A stretch of DNA of 13,996 nt from Gemmatimonadota bacterium (GTDB lineage: Bacteria; Gemmatimonadota; Gemmatimonadetes; Palauibacterales; Palauibacteraceae): contig JBDHAC010000080.1 of assembly GCA_039588275.1 (NCBI GenBank), positions 1 through 13,996 on the forward strand. Direction: 5' to 3'. Position 1 is the stretch's first letter; each line of letters begins with the position of its first letter. The position numbers and the translations under genes were made by a program. The notes below the pieces were generated by a model. It made no database searches. It was not told where the DNA came from and was given only the letters and a program-made list of their open reading frames with translations. Positions 7,715 to 13,996 of this stretch are shown piece by piece.

Positions 7715-7748
7715 AATTCCAGTATATTAGAACTATGTATTTTGTCAA
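7713..7748 (-). promoter_or_regulatory. sigma-70 promoter (TTGACA-N16-TATACT) overlapped by a palindromic ArsR operator; leaderless start
   Basis: TTGACA at 7748-7743 and TATACT at 7726-7721, with the ATG 6 nt after the -10 and no SD. The dyad TTCCAGTATATTAGAA spans 7717-7732. Confidence 0.8.
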
Positions 7749-7963
7749 CCGTTCAGTCGCAGCTGTACCGGGCACCGGGTCTGTCGAGCTGAACCTGCGA
7801 CGTTATGTGGAGCGGCACCGTCTCACGGACATCTGGCGCCTCAATATCCCTGCGGTAGTTTTCTACAGAGCCGTAGCGTGCGATGCCGATGGCACGCCAT
7901 GACTGCGACTGCCACACCTGGCGCTATCCCCCCAAGCGCCACAGTCGGAAAGGAGATGTGCCG

Positions 7964-8545
7964 ATGAGACGCCTGGCACTGTTGGCCACGATCGTGGCCA
8001 TACCCATCGCGTGTTCCGACCAAGGGTCCTCGCCCACCGAACCGCTGTCCGCGCTCCCAGGGGTCCAGCCTGCCGCCGCAATGGCCAAGTGGACCGCCAA
8101 GGTCACCGGTGGGGGGATGTCCTTCAACATCAACTCGTGCAACGTCCTGTTTCAGAACGTGTCCGCTACCGGGTCGAACGGTGCCGCGCGCGGACAGGTG
8201 CAGATCACCACGTATCAGGGCTCCGGGACTTATCCGAACTGCGTCCCCGACGAGATCTGGTTCCAGTATCACGCGGTCGTGACGGACCTCGTAGTAGGCA
8301 CTGCGCCCAACGGCTCGAAGGTGGCGAATGTCTGCTACAACCTGACCAAGATCCAGCACCAGCCGGACATGCCGCTCAACATGAGATTCGGGATCGCCAT
8401 AAAGGAGGGCGGCAAGGGGTCCGGGGACATGACCCGGCGGGCGTTGAACGTCACCTGTTTGCCGGGTGAGTTCTGGGGCGACGATCCCGGTGAAGGCTTC
8501 GGGGCCGTCGTGGTGGATGGCAACTACAACATCCGCGAGCGATAG
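7964..8545 (+). CDS. Hypothetical lipoprotein (193 aa), beta-rich domain starting with VTGGG
   Basis: AAAGGAG RBS before the ATG at 7964, signal peptide with lipobox PIA-C17, Ser/Pro linker, and four further Cys. The ORF-track start at 7883 lacks an RBS. Confidence 0.8.
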   Translation: MRRLALLATIVAIPIACSDQGSSPTEPLSALPGVQPAAAMAKWTAKVTGGGMSFNINSCNVLFQNVSATGSNGAARGQVQITTYQGSGTYPNCVPDEIWFQYHAVVTDLVVGTAPNGSKVANVCYNLTKIQHQPDMPLNMRFGIAIKEGGKGSGDMTRRALNVTCLPGEFWGDDPGEGFGAVVVDGNYNIRER

Positions 8546-8625
8546 GAATCCCGGCCCGACGCGACCCCGGTCCGAGGGAAACGACGTGCGACCTGAGTCG
8601 TGAGGTGTGATCTCGCGGCCTGCAA

Positions 8626-9339
8626 CTACGGCACGTCCATGCGTCGGAGCCGGCGGACGGACAGGAAGAGGAACAGCGCGAACACGGCCGTCGACACGGC
8701 GAGCGCGACGCCCAGGTCTACATGCACCATATCCGCGAAGCGTCGTGGATCCATTCCGTGCATCAACGCAGCGGCGTAGTGCCGGACGCTGAACAGCCGA
8801 ATGCCGGACACGTACCCCGAGAAGAACCCCTCCCAGAGCACGATGTAGACGAGGCCCACCGGGATGGCCTGCTTGGTGACCAGGCCGAGCCAGACGAACA
8901 GCGAGGCATACATGAGGAGGCCAATGAACCCCGACGCGGTGACCGCGAAGGTGGCGGTCATGTCGTGGTTGAACCCGATGTAGCTCGTGAGGAAGACGCT
9001 CCCCACCACGAACGGGGCGGCCACCACGATGGCGGCCGCGAGCTTGGGCGCCACGAGCTGCCAGCGGGCGAGCGGGGCGAGCGTGAGATTCGCCAGCGTC
9101 CGGTCTTCGATCTCGTTGGCGAACGCCACGCTGGCGATCGAGACGATGATCAAGGGCGCGATCGAACCGGCGAGCATGCCGCTGAGCACCACGGACTCGA
9201 ACTCGCTGACGAGCGGAGCGTCCGACGACCGAACGACCATCGCCGTGAACGCGACGGGCACGGCCGCGAGCACGGTCATGATGATCAGGCGCCATCTGCC
9301 GGTGATCTGCCGCAAGGTGAGGGCGAACACCGAGCCCAT
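8626..9339 (-). CDS. ABC-2-type transporter permease
   Basis: About six hydrophobic segments and the motif 'FANEIEDRTLANL...PLARWQLVAPKL'. Last gene of the ABC cassette. Confidence 0.92.
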   Translation of the reverse strand: MGSVFALTLRQITGRWRLIIMTVLAAVPVAFTAMVVRSSDAPLVSEFESVVLSGMLAGSIAPLIIVSIASVAFANEIEDRTLANLTLAPLARWQLVAPKLAAAIVVAAPFVVGSVFLTSYIGFNHDMTATFAVTASGFIGLLMYASLFVWLGLVTKQAIPVGLVYIVLWEGFFSGYVSGIRLFSVRHYAAALMHGMDPRRFADMVHVDLGVALAVSTAVFALFLFLSVRRLRRMDVP

Positions 9340-9343
9340 CGTT

Positions 9344-9650
9344 TAGAAGCCTGTCGAGGGACTACGGTGGGTCGCGTTACGCGCGCCACAGCCCCGGATC
9401 CAAGGCGTGGTCGCGAAGGCATAGCCGTAGCTACGTGGAGCGACCGCAACACCGGAGACGGGGCTGTGCCGCCGTAACCGTCGTGCGTGTTTGCCCACGT
9501 CATTCATGATGATCGGCGCAGGGGGGTCACGCGGTTGATCCATCGTTTCTCCTCCTCGACGTAGCGCTGCTACGCCTTCGTCGTCGTTCCTTGGCTGAAC
9601 CGCGTGCCCCCCCTGCGCGCGACCCGCCGTAGTCCCTCGGCCGGCTTCTA
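9344..9650. mobile_element. Non-autonomous MITE-like palindromic element, 307 bp including TA at both ends
   Basis: 33-bp terminal inverted repeats at 9344-9376 and 9618-9650 (30/33 identical, TAGAAGCC.G.CGAGGGACTACGG.GGGTCGCG). Removing the element and one TA restores ...GAGCGC-TAA-ACG-ATG, the normal ATPase stop and permease start. Two internal long hairpins; no transposase. Confidence 0.8.
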
Positions 9651-10577
9651 GCGCTCCACCAGGTAGCCGAACACGCTCTCGAGCGAATCGTCCAGCGGCT
9701 CGACCCGACGCAAGCTGATGGACGCGGCCTGAGCGAGCCGCGGCAGCTCCACCTGCAGATCACGCACGTTCTTGCTCAGGAGGATGATGGCGCCGTCCGG
9801 ATCCACGTTCACCGCCTCGATCGACGGGAGCCGGACGACGGCCGCCGCCAGCTCGCGCGGCGCGTCGGCGATGACCCGGACGTGATACGGTCGCTGGGCC
9901 AGCGCGGCCCGGATGGCACGGAACCCTCCCGACGCCGCCAGCTTGCCGTTGACGATGAGCAGGACCGTGTCGGCGACCTGCTCCACCTCCTCCAGGATGT
10001 GGGATGACAGCACGATGGTCCGCCCGCCCTCGGCCAGCCGACCGAGGAGCTTCTGGAATTGGTAGCGGTGCCGCGGGTCGGCTCCGTTGAGCGGCTCATC
10101 GAGGATGAGGACCTCGGGGTCGTGGACGAGCGTGGCGGCGAGCCGCATCCGCTGCCGCATGCCCCGCGAGTACGTCCCCATCCGGAGGTCCGCGGCCTCC
10201 GCGAGGTCGACGAGGTCGATCGCGCGCTCGACCGCCGCGTCGAGGTCGGCTACGCCTCGGAGACGGCCCATCATCTTCACGAACTCGCGCCCCCGCATGA
10301 ACGAGTAGACGGTCTCGTGCTCCGACATGACGCCGATACGCCGGTACAGCGGAGGGTTATCGCGGACCGGCTCCCCGAACATGGTGACCGTCCCGTCGGA
10401 CACCTCCGCGAGCCCCGTCATCATGCGGAGCAGGGTCGTCTTGCCGGCTCCGTTCGGCCCCAGGAGCCCCGTGACGCCCGGCATGATGTCGAAGGTCACG
10501 TCGCTGACGGCGACGACGTCCCCGAACCAGCGCGACACGCCCTCGACGCGGATGACCGGTGATCCTGGACGGGTCAT
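9648..10577 (-). CDS. ABC transporter ATP-binding protein (309 aa)
   Basis: Walker A GPNGAGKTT, signature YSRGMRQR, Walker B ILDEP, H-loop SSH. The start at 10577 forms an ATGA overlap with the permease stop. The ORF-track extension to 11144 overlaps the permease and is spurious. Confidence 0.95.
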   Translation of the reverse strand: MTRPGSPVIRVEGVSRWFGDVVAVSDVTFDIMPGVTGLLGPNGAGKTTLLRMMTGLAEVSDGTVTMFGEPVRDNPPLYRRIGVMSEHETVYSFMRGREFVKMMGRLRGVADLDAAVERAIDLVDLAEAADLRMGTYSRGMRQRMRLAATLVHDPEVLILDEPLNGADPRHRYQFQKLLGRLAEGGRTIVLSSHILEEVEQVADTVLLIVNGKLAASGGFRAIRAALAQRPYHVRVIADAPRELAAAVVRLPSIEAVNVDPDGAIILLSKNVRDLQVELPRLAQAASISLRRVEPLDDSLESVFGYLVER

Positions 10578-11506
10578 GGCGTCAACCGCCGATACCGCGC
10601 CCAGAGAACCCCGCCCGGGACGAGGATCCACAGGAAGTACCAGCCGAGAAGGATCCGGCTCGGGAGCTCGCTCGCCGGGGCCTCGCCCGTGATCTCGCTC
10701 ACCTCGCCGAAGATGAGATCGTTCACGTGCACGGGGATGTTGCTGAGGTTGAACATCGAGATCCACTGACCCGCCGCTCCCTCGATCTCCGAGGCGAGGG
10801 CCGTGGTAAAGGGAGTGGAGATCACGAAGAGCCCGACCAGGAACACCGCCGCGTACGCGCGCCGGCTGGAGAACGCCGCGACGAGCATGGCCAGCGTCGT
10901 CGTATACGCCGCGATCGCGGCGCCGGACGCCATGATGCGCGGTATGTCGAGCCAGTGCTCCCGCAGGTACCCGACCGGATCGGGGTTGCCCATCACGAGC
11001 CCCGCCAGGAGCACGAACTGGGGCAACCACGCGGCGAACAGCGAGACGACGAGGAACGCGAGCCAGCGGGAGGCGATGTAATCCGACCCTGTGAGCGGCC
11101 GCACGAGGTAGAGATTGATCACCCCCTTCTGGCGGTCCGGACACAGCAGCTCGGGGGCGACGATCGCCGCGAAGACCAGGAAGAAGATCGAGGAGATCCC
11201 GTAGAAGTCCGAGTGGGACGGCACTCGCGCGACCGCATCGGGTCCGGCGAAGCGAAGCGCTGCGCCGGCGACCAGCGCGAGGATGAATCCGATACCCGTC
11301 ATGAGCCCGATGAACGACCAGGGGAGGATCTTCGCGCGGCCGCCCCGCCCGAGGCCGAGCGCCGTACGGACCCCATCCTTGAACACCGCGAGCCGCGCGC
11401 GTCCGCGTCCCTCCCGCGGACCTTCGTACCGCTGATAGCCGATGTCGAAGACGGCTCCCTGTGCGCCGCCGGTGACCCCGGTGGGCGCGGGATTCGAGCC
11501 GCTCAT
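10574..11506 (-). CDS. ABC transporter permease
   Basis: 'VFDIGYQRYEGPR', 'APELLCPDRQKGVINLYLVRPLTGSDYIASRW' and multiple TM segments. ATGA overlaps at both ends. Confidence 0.93.
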   Translation of the reverse strand: MSGSNPAPTGVTGGAQGAVFDIGYQRYEGPREGRGRARLAVFKDGVRTALGLGRGGRAKILPWSFIGLMTGIGFILALVAGAALRFAGPDAVARVPSHSDFYGISSIFFLVFAAIVAPELLCPDRQKGVINLYLVRPLTGSDYIASRWLAFLVVSLFAAWLPQFVLLAGLVMGNPDPVGYLREHWLDIPRIMASGAAIAAYTTTLAMLVAAFSSRRAYAAVFLVGLFVISTPFTTALASEIEGAAGQWISMFNLSNIPVHVNDLIFGEVSEITGEAPASELPSRILLGWYFLWILVPGGVLWARYRRLTP

Positions 11507-12453
11507 GACGAGGCTCCGGGCGGTGCGTCGTCCTCGCCCGCGAAGAGCTCGGCCAGCGCGCGGCGCTCTGGGGCCATTCGCCGGAGCGGTGCTCCGGCGG
11601 CGACGAGGGCGTCCCGAATGTGGTCGTACACGGAGGCGTCCGCGCCCTCGATGTGGAGCCCGCTCGCGGTGACGGCCCCCCTCACCCCGCGGGACTCGAG
11701 TTCGGCGATGAAGGGTTCCTCGTTGGCGTCGACCTCGACGAACACGGACTCGGTTTCGCTCGTCAAATCGCTGACCTCGCCCGATTCCACGAGCGCTCCC
11801 GCCTGGAGCACGATGATCCGATCGCAGGTGCGCTCGACATCCGACATCAGGTGGGACGAGAACAGGATGCTGATGCCGAACTCCCGATGCGTCTTGCGCA
11901 CGAGATCGAGCATCTCCTCGCGGCCCTCCGGGTCGAGACCGGCCGTCGCTTCGTCCAGGAACACCATCCGGGGGTCGTGGACGAGCGCCTGCGCGAGCTT
12001 GACCCGCTGCTTCATGCCGGTCGAGTAGCCGCCGATCGCGCGATACCGTTCCTCGAACAGGCCCACGTGCCTCAACGTGTCCGCCGCCCTCGTCCGTGCG
12101 CGCGATCGTGGAAGCCCGCTCACCTCCGCCATGTGCGTGAGGAACTCGGCGGCAGTCACGCTCGTCGGGAGACAGTCGTGCTCCGGCATGTACCCGAGCT
12201 TCCCGCGCACCGCGACGCTGCGAGAGGCGTCCTCGCCCAGGACGATCGCGGAGCCCGAGGTCGGCGGGAGCAGACCCATGAAGAGCTTGATGGCCGTGCT
12301 CTTTCCGGCTCCGTTCTCGCCGAGGAGCCCAGTGATCCCGTCGAAGATGCCGAAGCTGACCCCGCCCAGGGCAACGACGTCGCCGTAGTGCTTGACGAGG
12401 TCATCGGCAACGACGAGCGGCTCGCCGGCGCCCGGATTCATGGCGGTCGTCAT
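11503..12453 (-). CDS. ABC transporter ATP-binding protein (316 aa)
   Basis: Walker A GENGAGKST, signature YSTGMKQR, Walker B VFLDEAT, H-loop SSH. AGGAG RBS, and an ATGA overlap with the Sel1 gene stop at 12450-12453. Confidence 0.95.
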   Translation of the reverse strand: MTTAMNPGAGEPLVVADDLVKHYGDVVALGGVSFGIFDGITGLLGENGAGKSTAIKLFMGLLPPTSGSAIVLGEDASRSVAVRGKLGYMPEHDCLPTSVTAAEFLTHMAEVSGLPRSRARTRAADTLRHVGLFEERYRAIGGYSTGMKQRVKLAQALVHDPRMVFLDEATAGLDPEGREEMLDLVRKTHREFGISILFSSHLMSDVERTCDRIIVLQAGALVESGEVSDLTSETESVFVEVDANEEPFIAELESRGVRGAVTASGLHIEGADASVYDHIRDALVAAGAPLRRMAPERRALAELFAGEDDAPPGASS

Positions 12454-13430
12454 GATCTCCTGCATGCCTCTTGGTATCCCAACGCGCACGCGCGCCGGAA
12501 GTAGCGGGCGGCTCGGAAGAGCTCCCGCTCCACACCCTCCCCGTTCGCGTACATATCGCCGACACGGAAGCAGCTCTCGGCGATCGGCGGCGATCCCTCG
12601 TCCCCTCTCAAGGTGCCGTCGCACGCCTCGTCGAACAGCTCGACGGCAAGGTCGTAGTCCTGGGACACCCCGACACCCCTCGCGTACAAATCGGCGAGTC
12701 GGAAGCAGCCGGCCATCTCGGTTTCGCAGGCCTCCTCGTACAGGGTCGCAGCGCGGCCCGCATCCTGATCGACCCCGAGCCCCGTCTCGTACGATCGTCC
12801 CAGGTGTACGCAGCCCAGCTGAGTGCCCCCGTCACATGCTTGCCGGTGCAGATCGACCGCTCGAGCCGGGTCGCTCTCCACGCCTCGTCCTTCGCCGTAC
12901 AGGACCCCCAGCCGGGTGCACCCCGTCAGCTCGCCGCCTTCGCAGGCACGCCCGTACAGCGCTGCGGCGCCCGCGTGGAGGTCTACGGCGCCTGTCGTGT
13001 CCGCGACCGACTGTTCCACGTGGATGTCCGCGAGCTCGGTGCAGCCGCTGAGAGTACCTTCCTCGCACCCACGCTCCAGGAGGGCCATGGCTGCCGCCGA
13101 ATCGAGCGCTATGCCCCGATCTTCCGCCCTTCGGTGGACGTGCATTCGGGCCAACCGAGCGCACCCCTCACCCTCTCCGCCGTCGCAGGCCTGACGGAAT
13201 AGGTCGGCCGCGCGGCGCCAGTCGGCGAGCACGTGCTCCCCCTGCCGGGCCATGAGCCCGAGCCGGTTGCACGCCGCCGCGTCCCCGTCGGCGCAGGCCG
13301 CGTCCAGCTCCCTGGCCTCCCGGGCGCCCGGGTTGCAGCCGAGCGAGATGGCCGCGGCCGCCGAGACCGCCAACAGGACGGCGACGCTTCGGAGGCTCGC
13401 CAACCGATGCGGCTGTCGGTGAAGAAGCAT
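12450..13430 (-). CDS. Cys-rich Sel1-like repeat (Hcp-type) putative lipoprotein (326 aa)
   Basis: GGAGGTAGGA RBS before the ATG at 13430, hydrophobic signal ending SLG-C32, and eight (A/G)C-x6-16-C pairs with 'LG..Y..G.GV..D...A..L...AC' repeats. Confidence 0.9.
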   Translation of the reverse strand: MLLHRQPHRLASLRSVAVLLAVSAAAAISLGCNPGAREARELDAACADGDAAACNRLGLMARQGEHVLADWRRAADLFRQACDGGEGEGCARLARMHVHRRAEDRGIALDSAAAMALLERGCEEGTLSGCTELADIHVEQSVADTTGAVDLHAGAAALYGRACEGGELTGCTRLGVLYGEGRGVESDPARAVDLHRQACDGGTQLGCVHLGRSYETGLGVDQDAGRAATLYEEACETEMAGCFRLADLYARGVGVSQDYDLAVELFDEACDGTLRGDEGSPPIAESCFRVGDMYANGEGVERELFRAARYFRRACALGYQEACRRS

Positions 13431-13540
13431 TGCCGTTCCTACCTCCACGAGGGAGTCGCGCGTGTCCGGATACAAAGGCACTACGGGGATTCCGCGATTT
13501 GGTGTCGAGCGCACGTATGAGCCCAGGGTGACGTCGCTCT

Positions 13541-13996
13541 CTACCCGCAGCTGATCTCCACGCGGCGGTTCATCTCTCGCGCGGACTCGTTGGAGTCCGG
13601 TGAGATCAGCGGCTGGGACTCTCCGAGCCCCTCCGCGGAGATGGCCGCCGGATCGAAGCCCCGCGCGACGAAGTCATCGACGACGGCCTGGGCGCGCCGC
13701 TGCGAGAGGTCCAGGTTGTGCTCGGCCGTGCCCTCGGTGGACGTGTGACCCCGGATGCTCACGGTGGTCGCCCCCTCCTCGGTCAGCCTGCGGTACACAT
13801 CCGCCAGGGCCTGCTCGGACTCGGGCCGTATGGCGGCCGAGTTCACATCGAAGTTGATGTACACGTTGGTCCCGCACACGACGGGCTCTTCGTCCGTCTC
13901 GGCGCATTCGGTCGCCGCGAGCTCGGGGACGGTCACCGCCGTCCGCGCCCCGAAGCGGCCGCGATTGACGGAGGCCGAGGCGTGGATGGTGCCGTC
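13541..13996 (-). CDS. OmpA-family protein, C-terminal part (5' end outside the window)
   Basis: 'INFDVNSAAI', 'IRGHTSTEG..EHNLDLSQRRAQAV', 'GLGESQP', 'NRRVEI'. The frame is open from 13996. Confidence 0.92.
   Translation of the reverse strand, partial: DGTIHASASVNRGRFGARTAVTVPELAATECAETDEEPVVCGTNVYINFDVNSAAIRPESEQALADVYRRLTEEGATTVSIRGHTSTEGTAEHNLDLSQRRAQAVVDDFVARGFDPAAISAEGLGESQPLISPDSNESAREMNRRVEISCG

Noticed and set aside
7890..7906. TGGCACG as a sigma-54 promoter for the plus-strand lipoprotein
   Set aside because: There is no GC at the required GG-N10 position.
7841..9295. 484-aa minus-strand ORF, and other long overlapping ORFs (24-932, 2767-3864, 5591-6493, 10559-12028, 11620-12504)
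   Set aside because: These are Arg/Gly/Pro-rich shadow or antisense frames of well-supported genes, expected in high-GC DNA, and contain no motifs.
9352..9378. TGTCGA-N17-CGTT, an ECF42-like promoter inside the left terminal repeat
   Set aside because: The -10 is imperfect, the other repeat lacks TGTCGA, and it points antisense to the operon. Probably chance.
11940..11965. Walker B/D-loop variant DEAT instead of DEPT
   Set aside because: The catalytic Asp-Glu and all other motifs are intact, so this is within normal variation.
13463..13493. TGTCCGGATACA near-palindrome and GGAAT-N15-GTAT upstream of the Sel1 gene
   Set aside because: Too short and degenerate to call a promoter or operator without comparative data.

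Overview
GC-rich bacterial chromosomal window with almost all genes on the minus strand. The duplicated orphan ABC permease and the 'AC-x-D/E...PT(E/D)' lipoproteins are suggestive of Gemmatimonadota or Acidobacteriota (inference). Read right to left in the direction of transcription, it contains: a partial OmpA-like protein; a Cys-rich Sel1-repeat lipoprotein translationally coupled to a four-gene ABC cassette (ATPase-permease-ATPase-permease); a plus-strand orphan lipoprotein; an apparently leaderless ArsR-family repressor with a matching operator in front of a small FN3-like lipoprotein; an ADOP-type MacB/FtsX permease preceded by a sigma-54-like promoter architecture; an Asp-box (BNR) propeller protein; and a YCII(DGPF)-ECF42 sigma factor-secreted protein operon with a recognisable ECF42 promoter. 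The most striking unexplained structure is a 307-bp MITE-like element (9344-9650) inserted into the TA of an ABC-ATPase stop codon. It has 33-bp terminal inverted repeats and two diverged, oppositely oriented copies of the same hairpin module. No rRNA, tRNA, CRISPR array or transposase was found.
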